This document shows, one piece after another, positions 33,400-45,348 of a stretch of 64,000 nucleotides of DNA; the stretch's first letter is position 1; each line of letters opens with the position of its first letter. The stretch is from Selaginella moellendorffii (Eukaryota > Plantae > Lycopodiophyta). The position numbers were made by a program, and so were the translations under genes. The notes under the pieces were generated by a model. It was given only the letters and a program-made list of their open reading frames with translations. It had not been told where the DNA came from and ran no database searches. Location: the NCBI RefSeq assembly GCF_000143415.4, contig NW_003314380.1, forward strand, positions 206,924 through 270,923, written 5' to 3'.

Positions 33400-35271
33400 T
33401 CAGCAAGCACCAATATTCGTGTTAGCCAGGAGGACGTATGCCGCGCCATCGTCTGGATGTAGATCTAGAGCTCCAATCGCTGCCCTAGCGCCGCGCTCGC
33501 GATCGCGGTAGCTCCTGGAAGCACCCAGCAAGCATCGCCACTCCAGGACATTGGGAACAAAGGGCATGCTCGCGATCAGCTCCTCGGCCTCGTCTAGATG
33601 CCCAGCGCGGCACAGCAGATCGACAACGCAGGTGTAATGCGGCTTCCTCGCGCCCAGATTGAAATCCATCGCCATCGACACGAAGATCGATCGGCACAGC
33701 GCGAGCTTGCCGGCGTGGACGCACGCCAGCAGCGCGAACGAGAAGCAAATCTCGTCGGGGCGGACGAGCGCTTTCATCGCATCAAAGCTCTCTAGGGTTT
33801 GAGCGTAGTGGCCGTTCTGGGCGTGGACGACGACGATCGCTGCCCACGCGATCGTGTCGGGCTCTGGTATTCGATCGAAAATCCGCTTCGCGAGGTCGAG
33901 GTCGCCGCTCTGCGCGTAGCCGACGAGCATCGCCGTCCAGGAGACGACGCTTCGCTCCGGCATGGAATCCAGAAGAGCTTTGCTCGTTTCTATTTGCCCT
34001 AATTGGGCATTTGCGGCAATGAGAGTGTTCCAAGAGATTAAATTGTGCTGTGGCATTGTGAGAAATATCCAGTGGGCGTTCTCTACTTGACAACTTTGTG
34101 AATATGCTGCTAGCATGGCGTTCCACGACACTAGGTTTTTCATGGGCATGAAATCAAACAAGTGTTTAGCCTTTACCAAATGCCCGTTTTGGGCATATGC
34201 TGAGATCATGGCTGTGGAGCTAATAACATTCTTCTCCGGAAGAGATTCATAAAGATGCTCGGCATTTTCTAGGTCATCGTCTTGGGAGTAGGCAGTTATC
34301 ATAGCGGTGGCAGAGACTAGATTTTGCTCCGGCATTCGATCGAAGAGTCGCTGGCACTCGCCACGATGCCCGCTCTGGGCGTATGATACGAGCATCGCGT
34401 TCCAGGAAATTAGGGTTCTATGTGGCATTCGAGCAAATATTTCCGAGGCCTCGGCCAGATTCCCGCTCTGGCCGTAGGCAACGATCATCGCGGTCTGGGA
34501 GATCACGTCGTGCTCCGGCATGGAATCGAAGGCGTCCTTGGCCAGATCGAGCTTTCCCTCGTTCGCGTAGCCCGAGAGCATCGCATTCCACGAGACGAGG
34601 TTTCTTTCTTCCATGGCGTCAAATATTTGCTTCGCCCTCTCGATCTGGCCGTTCTGCGCGTAGGCCGCGAGGATCGCTGTCCTGGAGATGAGATTCGGCT
34701 CTGGAATGCTGTCGAAGAGCTGGATCGCTTGCGCCAGATCTCCCTCCTGCGAGAATTCGGCCAGGAGTGCCGTTGTTGACACCGAATCCCACTCCGGCAT
34801 TTCATCAAAGAGCTGCTTGGCTCGATCCAGATGAGCGTTCTGAGCCAGCGTCGCGACCACCGCCGTCCACGACACGAGATCTCTCAGCGGCATCGCGTCG
34901 AAAATTCTCAGTGCCTCCTCCGGATTGCCGTCCCTCCCGATCGCGGTGATGAGCGTGTTCCACGACACAACGTTCTTGGAGGGGAATCTCGAGAAGAAAG
35001 CCCTGGCGTCGTCGATCCGGCCGTGGTGCGCGTAGGCCGCGAGCATCGCGTTCCAGGTAGCGAGATTCCGGAGCGGCATTTCGTCGAAGAGATTCTTGGC
35101 ACTGACGACATCGCCCATCCGGGCGTAAGCCGTGATCATGAACACCCATGAGAAGGAGTCCTTGATCTGGATCCGATCGAATACCCGTCGCGCCTGGTGG
35201 AGATCTCCCCTCTTTCCCAGCAGCTCGATCAGCTTATTGCTCGCGAAGGTATCGTGGGAAATATTGCTCAT
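33400..35271 (-). CDS. PLS-class pentatricopeptide repeat protein with E domain (no DYW), intronless
   Basis: Tandem 31-aa repeats (A..LFD.MP.RNLVSW.AML.AYAQ.G), then HYTCVVDLLCRAG...MPFVP and a truncated E domain ending AYVLLAN. Confidence 0.95.
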   Translation of the reverse strand: MSNISHDTFASNKLIELLGKRGDLHQARRVFDRIQIKDSFSWVFMITAYARMGDVVSAKNLFDEMPLRNLATWNAMLAAYAHHGRIDDARAFFSRFPSKNVVSWNTLITAIGRDGNPEEALRIFDAMPLRDLVSWTAVVATLAQNAHLDRAKQLFDEMPEWDSVSTTALLAEFSQEGDLAQAIQLFDSIPEPNLISRTAILAAYAQNGQIERAKQIFDAMEERNLVSWNAMLSGYANEGKLDLAKDAFDSMPEHDVISQTAMIVAYGQSGNLAEASEIFARMPHRTLISWNAMLVSYAQSGHRGECQRLFDRMPEQNLVSATAMITAYSQDDDLENAEHLYESLPEKNVISSTAMISAYAQNGHLVKAKHLFDFMPMKNLVSWNAMLAAYSQSCQVENAHWIFLTMPQHNLISWNTLIAANAQLGQIETSKALLDSMPERSVVSWTAMLVGYAQSGDLDLAKRIFDRIPEPDTIAWAAIVVVHAQNGHYAQTLESFDAMKALVRPDEICFSFALLACVHAGKLALCRSIFVSMAMDFNLGARKPHYTCVVDLLCRAGHLDEAEELIASMPFVPNVLEWRCLLGASRSYRDRERGARAAIGALDLHPDDGAAYVLLANTNIGAC

Positions 35272-35353
35272 CTATGAATTAGGGTTCCTCATTTTGTGTG
35301 TAAACAGGGGGGACCCTAGGCCTGGCGCCCAGCTAAGATTGGATCGATCGACA

Positions 35354-38300
35354 ATGCCGTCCGCCGGTGGCGGCAAGAGATCTGCTGCGAAATCCGGAGT
35401 CTCATTGTCTATCAAAGACTTCCAGGTACGCTGGATTGGATTGTAGGCTTTGTTGAGCGACTTGGATCTAATCCAGGGGGATTTCTCCTTCGATGCGTTC
35501 TTCAACAATCTCGTCGGCGACATACTGAAAGTGGAAGACGGTGAAAAGCCGCCGCCTCAAGAGGATGCTGCTTCGAATGGCCAGAAGCTCGTGAAGCCTG
35601 CGTTTGCCGAGGCAAATGCGCTGCTTGCTCGATTTAAGGAGGCGCGAAAGCAGCTCCTTGAGCTTGGATTCCAGGTAATTCATGTCGTCGGAGACGCTTT
35701 GATCTAACAAGTTATTTTGAATGTAGGCGGATGCGCAGCTTGAGAAAGTGAAGAAAGAAGTAAGCGCGGAGGATATCAGGCATAGAACAAGGCTCTCCGA
35801 GGTGAGTGTTTGCGTGGTCTAATCTTATTTCCCCGTTCTCAATCCACTCTCGTTTTCTGGTAGCTCGAAAAAGGAGTTCATGGCTTGTTTGATAGCTTCA
35901 GTAAGCTGGATAATCGGATTTCGGGTGTTGGACAAACGGCAGCACGAATTGGCGACCACTTGCAGGTTGAGTCTTTCGGCCCTTCAGTCGAGTGAATTTG
36001 ATGTGTAAATTGTTGTTCCAGAGTGCAGATGCACAACGGGAGACGGCTACTCAGACAATTGAGCTGATAAAGGTGCGTGAATTTTGTGGTCATTACAATC
36101 GTGTGATGTTCTTCTCTACAGTACTTGATGGAGTTCAATACAAAGTCCGGTGACTTGATGGGACTGTCTCCACTCTTCTCAGACGACAACCGTGTTGCTG
36201 AGGCGGCAGCTATAGCTCAAAAACTTCGTAAGTATTTCATTAAGCTCTAGTCATCGTTTTTATAATGAGATTTTTTTGGTATTAGGTGCTCTCGCCGAAG
36301 AAGACATTGGAGGAACTGGCTCTGGTGCCACGGGCACCACCGTCAAAGGGACTGCAAATGCGAACCCCGGCCTAGAAGTTGCCGTGGCAAACCTTCAGGA
36401 GTATTGTAATGGTATGCCTGTCATATTTCTTGGAAATAATTCTTACTTTGCTCCATATTTTAGAACTTGAGAACCGCCTTCTTGATCGATTTGACGCTGC
36501 CTCGCAGAAGAAGGAGCTATCTACCATGGGCGAATGTGCAAAAATATTGTCGCAGGTTCGTTATTTTTCTTTTTTCTGATGTCGTTTTCAATCGTTTTTT
36601 ATCTGTAGTTTAATAGAGGCGCCAGAGCAATGCAACGCTATGTTGCCTCGCGTCCTATGTTTTTAGATGTCGAGGTAATGAATGAAGACACAAGAACTGT
36701 GCTTGGGGATCAAACCACAGACACTGCAGTGCCTGGGTCGCCACAACCTGTTGCAGATACGGCAACAATAATTCGTGGGTTGGGAAAGCTTTACAAGGAA
36801 ATTACAGGTATATAACTTTTCCTTCTAAATGTTTTTATTTATGTGTTCCTCTTAGATACGGTTCGGAGAGAATCTGCAACGGTCTCTGCTGTTTTCCCAT
36901 CGCCGGATGCAGTCATGTCAATCCTTGTACAGGTAAGTGTTTTGTTCTTCTGGAAAGATAGCAATTGAAGTTGTGCAGAGAGTTATGGAGCAAAGAGTAT
37001 TTGCTATCCTAGATAAGCTCCTTGTCAAACCCAACCTTGCAAGTACGGCTCTGATAGAAGAGGGCGGCCTTCTTCAGGTAAGGTAATTAAATATACTTTA
37101 TACGTCGTTATTGTGTTTTGATGTATTACGTTGTTCCATAGCATCTGAAACTGTTGGCGGCCACTTATGAAAAGACTCAAGCTTTTGCAAAAGATCTTCG
37201 GGCTCTAGGTTGTGGCGAGCTGGACGTTGAAGGTACGGCTCATTAAGGCTCATGCTTCATAACTTGTGTTTAATGACTCTACTCTTGCAGTTCTTGCGGA
37301 ATCTCTCTTCACTAGTCATAGAGATGACTATATCGAACTTGAACAGGCATCGCTTTCTCAAATGTTTGAAGCGAAGGTAATCATTTATTTTATATCTCCG
37401 CCATTATATAAGTTTCAACAGATGGCCGAGGTCAGGGCAGCGTTACCTCCACCTCCAGACATTGGTCCTCGTGGAAGCAAAATGGCTGCTTTTCAAAACT
37501 TTTCGCAACCATCTTTGACAACTGAAGTTGTAACTGAATTTGTGCGTTGGAACGAAGAAGCTGTTCTTCGGTGCAGCCTGCTAACGGGAGCTCAGGTTTA
37601 AGGTTTCCTCCCTATGTGGATGGTTTATTGAATTATTTTCCTTACATCAGCCTGGACCTCTAGCGTCGAACGTGAGAGCGATTTTTACGTGCCTACTGGA
37701 GCAAGTAAGCCTGTGAAGCTACAGTTTTACGTGCCTTGAGTCTTGACTTATCAATGTTATTTGTAGGTAAATCACTATATTACTGCGGCCTTAGAACGTG
37801 GTCAAGACGCTCTCCGAGAAGCCGCAGCATTGAGAGAACGTTTCGCTATTGGAACTGCAGTTAGCCGTCGGGTTGCAGCTGCTGCTGCTTCAGCGGTTAG
37901 TTCTTCCAGTATTTCTCGTTTCTTTTTTATTTACATCATCATGTTTAGGCCGAGGCTGCTGCAAACGCCGGTGAGATTAGTGTCAGCTCTTTCATGACCA
38001 CCGTGCAAAGGGCTACGACTAATGTCGCCATTGTTCAGCAGGTATGTGCGGCTTACACATTTATGCTCGAAACTACGATGCGTGCCTTTGCAGTATTTTG
38101 TGAACACGATCGCTCGGATTCTTCTTCCGGTCGATGGGGCACATGCCGCGTGCTGTGAGGAAATAGCAACATCCATGTCACATGCTGAGGATGCTGTATT
38201 GAAGGGCTTGCAGCTTTGTATGGACTCCATGATAGCTGAGGTATGCTTCGTTTGTTGAAATGGAACTCCACCTAGTACGTTTCCTTGAAGGCGGAACGCC

Positions 38301-39051
38301 TACTGGCTTTGGAACAAAAAGTGCATGATTATCAGCCTTCGGATGATGGAAGTCTACCGGACCATCGGCCGACTAACGCCTGCACACGGTAACTCTTCTC
38401 CAAATTCATGCTACTGGATTAAGTGCGTGTTGCTGCAGAGTGGTAGCGTTCTTGTCTCGGATGCTGGATTGCACCAACACAGCTTTGGATGTTTCGAACA
38501 GACAAGTCTTTGTGACTGAGCTGGTATGGTTCTCTACTCATTTTCATACACGCATAACACGACATTTCAGGGATGCCGTCTATACAAATCGCTTATCACT
38601 CACTGGCAAAGGTTCACATTTAGTCCAAGGTGAAACCAGTAATTTCCAACATCTCGGTTCTCATTTTGCCATGTTACAGTGGCGGTCTCAGATTGAAACG
38701 TGACGTTAACGAGTTTGCTGAGTTCGTTCGCAGTTTCAAGGCTCCCACAGTAGACGAGAAGTTTGAACTCTTGGGAACGTAAGTTTTGACGTTCTGAGAT
38801 GTTTGTATTATTTCAGATTGTATCCCTTTCCCAGGATGGTTAACATTTTCATCGTCGCACCGGAGAGCCTGAAAACACTAGTTGACGGGAGCTTGCGCAA
38901 CGCTAGCAAGGATGCGATTCGGTAATTAAATACCTCTGTGCTTTTTGTGCGAAGAATTTCATTCCAAATTTCCTGCAGATTCATACAACTTCGAGAAGAT
39001 TATAAGTCCGCGAAGCTATCTAACATTGTTAACCAGCTTGCAATCAGTTGA
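35354..39051 (+). CDS. SEC10: Exocyst complex component SEC10, many short exons
   Basis: DF-QGDFSFDAFF, LDNRISGVGQTAARIGDHLQ, YCNELENRLLDRFDAASQKKEL, MQRYVASRPMF, LLPVDGAHAACCEE and GGLRLKRD. Confidence 0.93.
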
Positions 39052-39288
39052 TCATCTCAAAGAGTGGCTTTGACTTGAAGGTTTTTGTAGCTGGGCTTTC
39101 AACTTCATATGATCGAGCTGGCTTTATTGGTTTGCCACTAGCTTTCTGTAACAGAGTTGAGATAATTCTTTTGGTATCGAACAAGTCTTATCAATGAAAT
39201 CTTACCAACAAGCAAGTAGACTGAAGATCTTTTTTCACCTTCCGCTATTCCTGGGAAGATGATATACCAACGACTGGTGGTACTTCTT

Positions 39289-41349
39289 TTAAGCTCTTTC
39301 TTTCAGCTTGCCCTGTAGTCTTTCGTTGGCCTCTTCGAGATTGAGGCACTGATAGCGGTCATCGCCACGCTGTTGAGTTAAAAGAGATTAACAAAGGCAC
39401 TAGATGATTACTGTGTTACCTCGTCTAATAACTCGAAAGCTCTCAACTTGTCCAAAGCGTCGTCATATTCGAATTCGCATCTCTCTTGAAACTCTCTTTC
39501 CATCAGATAGTTACAATGCAACGCAAACTCCTGAAATCGACGAGTAAAGAAATCATTTCAGTGGACGACTAGCTGTATACCTGTTTTGTGGCCGTCCCTA
39601 GCACAAGTAACACAAAGTATCCAATGATAGTTTCCATTGTCTGCGCAAATGAAAAGCTCGTCAATAACAAGAGAGAGCGTATGGAAATTTTAACGCAGTA
39701 CTTCCTGGTTGATTACGTTCGTGCACAAGTGTAGCAGGGTACCAAGGTGGCTGTCGCTTTGCTTGTCGTAAATTGACTTGGAGATGAGCCTGTGGTACTC
39801 CAGAACATTGATATGAAACCTGGAGTGTTTCTACATTAGCTCGAAAGATGGCCAAACTCAGAGAGACTTACGTGAAATACACCTTGAAGCAGTATCCAAC
39901 AAAAGCTGTAAGGATGGTGAAGGCGAGTGGTACAAAGGAAGAGTGGCCTTTCTTAAAGGCTTCCCAAAACCCAGCCTGGTAAGTGCCGAATTTAATAACG
40001 TTTGGAAAAAAAAAATGTTTGAAAGCAATACCACTCCTGTGACACCCGAAACGATGAGCTTTATCCATTCAGACCAGCTTAGGCTCGGTGATTTCTTCTC
40101 GGGCTGTACGAAGAGTTATGAAAATAGATCCATCACACGGTTTTAGTTTACCAGGACAAGCTCCAAATCAGCCATTGGTACGTCTTTGAATTGCTTGATG
40201 TGAATACCGCGAGGATCATCGCGTGTTCTGCTTATGGCATTAGAAGGCGAAGCTTTGACTAGAGGGAATTGCGTTTGTTACCTGTAGATGACAATTACCT
40301 GGCTAAAAGTTGGTTCTTGAAGCTCCACCTTTTGAAAGAAATGCTTGATTCTACAAATACCGCTGCTTCTCTGTTAGGCTTTTAACATGGAAAGCTTACC
40401 GCACGTCTCCTACATGAATACGCTCCATCTCCATAAATCTATCGTCCGGTTTTGGTTCTTCATGCATGAAATTTTCTTCCTCCTTGCCAATACTTCAATA
40501 AAAGCGAGTTACAAAGTGAAAAGAAGATAAAACATTTACCAAAGTCTAAGAATCATCTTCCAAAAACTTTTCTGAATCTCCTCAACTTTGGCCAGCATAT
40601 AGTAGCCTTGTGCAGTGTCACACCCAATGCCTCTCCTGTAAATCAAGCACTGGACTTTGGAATTATAACGAGTTCCTATTCAACATTTATGACTTACCTT
40701 GTTCTCAAAAAGCTGTTCGTCGCCTGCCTCGGTAACTCTAGGGTACTTCTTCAGGAGCTTGTCATCAAGCTAAAGATGTATGTTCTTTAGTAAACCAAAG
40801 TTTGAACTAACCACGTTACTCTATGCTTGTTGAGTTTGACATCAAGACGAAGAACGTATTTGCTCGAAGTAGCAATCTTCCATTCTTTCTTTTTAAGAAC
40901 TTTGAAGTTGCTCTTTGTCATTATCTGTAAAAAGAGGTAAAAACGCGAAATCACTACTGACAATTCAGCGTGCCTCACGGTGAAACATCTCGAGAAACCT
41001 CGTCTCGTCGGTCGAGGAAGGTTCCCTGTCTTGAGGTTTGTGCGGATCAAACAAATGTTGAAGCTCCTGCATTAAGTTTTGTTAAGAAAAGAAAGACGAA
41101 AATAACTTGCCATTAGCTCCTCGAAAAGGTCGTGATACTTAGCACGAACACAAGCCTCAATCCTGGCGCACAAAGCCTTGAACAGGTCCCTGTCCGCATC
41201 CGTCGCTGTAGGAAAGTGGCAACGTCACGAAGAGAAAATATACACCAGAACTTACAGAACAAGGTAGTGAGGACTTTGACAAGCTTTGGCTTGGATGTCA
41301 AGATGACGGGCTCCCGCTCGATCCTGATCATATTTCTTTTCTGCTCCAT
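39289..41349 (-). CDS. DUF3754 / TMEM143-like membrane protein, multi-exon
   Basis: IRIEREPVI...KPKL, IMTKSNFKVL, IHIKQFKDVPMADLELV and C-terminal FEYDDALDKL, matching plant DUF3754 proteins. Confidence 0.8.
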
Positions 41350-41791
41350 TCTCCCCTGATAGCGACCCAGAGATTTGAGCGTCCAAGTTGAAATAGCTGC
41401 TCCTTTCCTGATGCAAGCAAAGTATCAATCAATACTTACATAAAGAAATACACTCACCATCCTTGGCCGCTACGGTAGAATCGGGCTAAACACGTTTGCT
41501 CTCTGACAAAAGGGAAAACATTACAGCTGATTGCCGACATATGGTAGCTGAATACAGACCATCTGCGAAACAGTATGGCCGTATCCGATATGGAAGATGG
41601 AATTAACATGTCAAAGGTCCCACGATTGTAGCAGAGAAAGAGACCACCGGCCAGCGAATTCAACTGGAAACTATGTTCTCTCGTAGGCCTGAAAACTAGA
41701 GAGATACATTTGACAAATCCGAACGGAAGCATAACAGGCATCAGTTTCTCAGGCTTTTGACTCGGAAGTTCTGAGAATTTCTTGTTTCAGG

Positions 41792-43642
41792 ATGTCAAAA
41801 GGAACATCAAGTATTACTTACCCGGTAGGAGGAGAAATTGAGTTTGTCTGTGCTTCTCAAAGCCACCAACGAAGGCCTAGTGCCACAAGAATCAGCAATG
41901 TTAGTCTAGAAGACATTACGAGCACGCTGCTAAAGACTGAACAAGTTGCTGCTGAATGGTTGCAACTAGTAGCAAAAGTATTTTGGAAAGGAGGTTCTAC
42001 GTTTGATGCATGGCTGAATGCATCCTCGGCTCAGGTAACTGGATTTTCACAGTCTTCTACTCTCTCAAACCACTCTTACTTCAGATTGCTCAAGTATTGC
42101 TAACCTTTCCATACTCGTTTGCACAAATGGGCCTCGCCTCTGGAATGGCATTCATGCTTTTGTATGGACTTTTAGGATGCTGGTCTTCCTACACAATGAC
42201 ATGCCTATATGCCGACTATCGAAAGCTAAAAGAAATGCAAAACGTCACTTTTGAGCATCATACCATTCAGGTGAAATCCTCAAGAAAATCTTTAAGAATG
42301 TAGTCCTAGGTGGTGCTAATGGATGAGAAGGTACCAGTGGTATGAGGTGCTGGACGGTCTTCTAGGCCCCTGGTGGAAAGCAGCAGGACTTATATTCAAT
42401 GGCGCTCTCCTTTTCTGCACAGCAACCATTCAACTCATAGCCTGTGGAAGGTATCAAAAAAGAGTTCAAAATGATAAGTTCTTACCCCAGTGGAGTTTCA
42501 GCACAGTGTACTACATTAGCGATGATCTGGACAAGCGTTCTTGGACATTGATTTTTGGTGCCTGTTGCTCGTTGAGCATTCTCATCCCCACTGCACACAA
42601 CTATAGAATGTGGTCCTTTGCAGGAATTATCATGACGACTTACACGGCATGGTATTTAGCTCTGGCTTCCCTGTCCATAAAAAGAGTAAGCTCTCGGAAG
42701 TTTTTCAACAAACTCAAAGCATACCTCTTTAGGAACCATCTGTGACACACCATGGACCCGTAAGCACCGAGGAATATTTCACAGGAGCAACGAACTTCCT
42801 ATACGCATTCGGAGGTCACGCAGTTACAATGTGAGTTGAAAGAAAAAACAAAGAAAAGAGCTTACGATTGTTTGAAACCAGAGAAATCATGGATGCGATG
42901 TGGGAGCCCAAGAAGTTTAAGAGCGTGTACGTCTACGCCATTGCCTACGTACTTTTGATCCTTGTGATCCCGTCCGCGGTGACAGTCTACTTGAGATTCG
43001 GTGACAAAATGCTGATAAATCCCAACGCTTTCGCTGTGCTGCCAAAGACAAAGTTTAGAGACGCGGCGGTGATTCTCATGGTTATCCACCAGGTGAGTAA
43101 AAGTGAAAGGAATAATCAGAGGTCTTCATTCTTACTTCTTTGAAGTTTATCGAGTTTGGACTCCTCGCGATCCCCATCTATATCATCTGGGAAAAATTTC
43201 TAGGAGTCCATCACAAGCAGTGCTACATCATGAAAGTGATAGCCAGGGTACCTGTGATACTGGGAATTTGGTTCGTGGCTCTCATGATCCCTTTCTTCGG
43301 TCCAATCAACTCCATAGTCGGATCCTTCCTCACGAGCTCTAGCATTTATATTTTGCCCTGCGCAGCACACATTACGTACTATGGGATCGGAGCATCGAGA
43401 AGCGTGAGTAGAAATCCCCGAAATCCCCGAAATACCTGAAATTCCTGACGATCGTGATGATACAGGACTCCGCCGAGCCGCATTCTTGGATCGGCGCCTA
43501 CTACTTGAACCTCGGCACGATCGCGTGGGTGCTGATCGTCGGCGTGGGATTTGGCGCCTGGGCGAGCATCCAAAACATGAAGAAAGAGATCGATACCTTT
43601 GGCTTGTTCGCCAAATGTTACCAATGCGACCAAGAACCCTAA
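41792..43642 (+). CDS. AUX1/LAX-like auxin influx carrier (divergent), multi-exon
   Basis: WKGGSTFDAW, AQVLLTFPYSFAQMG, IQWYEVLDGLLG, HNYRMWSF, YFTGATNFLYAFGGHAVT, PFFGPINS and terminal DTFGLFAKCYQC. Confidence 0.92.
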
Positions 43643-43667
43643 AATTTAAATTTCATTCTCAAGAACC

Positions 43668-45086
43668 CTAGTCGTGCACCGCGGAGATTCTCGCCATTCG
43701 CTTTCTCCAGCGGACGATTATGAGCGCGATCAGCACCGACACGGCGATGATCACCGAGAAGGCGCCAATGGCCGTGTTGGCGACGATTCTCAGCGCCTTG
43801 GCGGATCGGCGCCCGGGAGGTAGGGCTGCGCCGGAGGTTTTGATCTTGAGGAACATCGACGAGGCATATCCAGGGTGCAGGGGCGTCACCGCGACGGTGT
43901 AGAGCGTAGTGACGTGGTAGCAGGCGCTGTCATGGATCCCAACCTGGAAGAACGCCGCAATGCAGCTACAATTCAAGAGGCAGGATTCCTTGCAAGCATT
44001 GGGAGAGAGCTGTGGAATCCCTTGCATGAATTCCAGCGGCTTATAATCGTAGCCGGGGGCTTCGACGAGCTCGTGGCTGCCGCTGCTGTTGCATCGATCA
44101 TCCGTCAACGACATTTCCCCCGGGAGAGAGCATCCTCTCAGCGGATTCGTCCGATCGATTGGCTCCAGCTGGAGCGATGGATCGAAGTCGAGGCAAGCAC
44201 AGGTACTTTGTCGAAGCACGCCATACTTTCCACAATCTCCAATGCCAGTGATAAAAACGGGTTCGCTTTTCTGATAGCTGTTCCAGAATCGCACACTACC
44301 GTCATAGTGGAGCTTGAGGAACTTCCCTGTCTCGAGGCAAAATGGCGCGGTGATTTTCTTGGTTGCTACCACGGACTCCGTCCTGTTATATGCTACAAGA
44401 TGGCAGCTCTCGATCATCAGGTACGCTATGTCGTGGCTTCCCAGGTCCCAGACCGCGTAAGTTTGCTCTGTGCCAGGAGCTCGAGCGCGGCCAACGAGAC
44501 CCCGAGGCTGGAGCTCGAGAAAAAAGCTCCCTTGGCTCCTGTTTGTGTGAGAGACACTGGAGACGAGCTTGCTTCCCGGCACGAACTTTTGTTTCGGAAG
44601 CAACAAGTCCGTGGGGTGGTCGAAGCTCTGCCAGATGATCTCGCCCCCGCTGCCGAGGAGGACGAGGTTTCCGGTGTGGAGGACCTCCATAGCCACAACT
44701 CCTCGGCCCGAGGTGCCGGAGGACCACACCTGGATGGGGCCTTGGCTCAGGACTAAGTTACCATCTTCTCCAAACGCGAGAGTGGCGTTGGCGGAGAGTG
44801 GGAAGTCTCGGTTGGCCTGCCAGACGCTGACGATGATGTCCGACGAGATTGTGCACTCTACATCCGGGATCAAGGGGATGGAGATGGACAAGTAATAGAT
44901 TGGAGAGGTGGAGCAAGCTCGCGTGAATCCCAGCGCGTGGTTCGTGTCAACGTTGAGAAGCATGAAGTCCGGCTCAATACCTGACTCAAGCGTCCATTCT
45001 GTGTTGACAGGAGCAGTACTTACAGCAGCAAAGACAGTGGCGCGATCAAGGAGAACGAGGAAGATCATCAAAGGCAGCAGCACCAT
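43668..45086 (-). CDS. S-domain (bulb-type lectin plus PAN/Apple) receptor-like protein with TM helix but no kinase, intronless
   Basis: Signal peptide, VWQANRD...DGNLVL...VWSSGT...WQSFDHPTDLLLP, CKESCLLNCSCIAAFF, then a TM helix followed by RWRKR and a stop about 8 residues later. Confidence 0.9.
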   Translation of the reverse strand: MVLLPLMIFLVLLDRATVFAAVSTAPVNTEWTLESGIEPDFMLLNVDTNHALGFTRACSTSPIYYLSISIPLIPDVECTISSDIIVSVWQANRDFPLSANATLAFGEDGNLVLSQGPIQVWSSGTSGRGVVAMEVLHTGNLVLLGSGGEIIWQSFDHPTDLLLPKQKFVPGSKLVSSVSHTNRSQGSFFLELQPRGLVGRARAPGTEQTYAVWDLGSHDIAYLMIESCHLVAYNRTESVVATKKITAPFCLETGKFLKLHYDGSVRFWNSYQKSEPVFITGIGDCGKYGVLRQSTCACLDFDPSLQLEPIDRTNPLRGCSLPGEMSLTDDRCNSSGSHELVEAPGYDYKPLEFMQGIPQLSPNACKESCLLNCSCIAAFFQVGIHDSACYHVTTLYTVAVTPLHPGYASSMFLKIKTSGAALPPGRRSAKALRIVANTAIGAFSVIIAVSVLIALIIVRWRKRMARISAVHD

Positions 45087-45348
45087 AGCCAGAGCACGCG
45101 GGATGGAAGGAAGTTTGGCGAGAACAAGGATAAAGGCATTGGGGAGTCTGAAAGACGATCACAGGTGGGCTTTTTGTATTTTTACTGAAGCTTCACGCGT
45201 TGATTCGCCAGGACGAGAACACCAAAGATTAAATGCTGGACTGATCATTGATAGGTGTAATGAAACAAACTCCTCTATCTCGGGGATCACTAAATTTTTG
45301 GGGCTGTTTTAAATCTATTTGGGCCTAAGGTTTAGGGCTAGGGCTAGA

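Noticed and set aside
33400-35271. ~93-bp periodicity that could be mistaken for a CRISPR or tandem array
   Set aside because: Explained by 31-aa PPR repeats in a coding sequence. The DNA is eukaryotic and has no cas genes.
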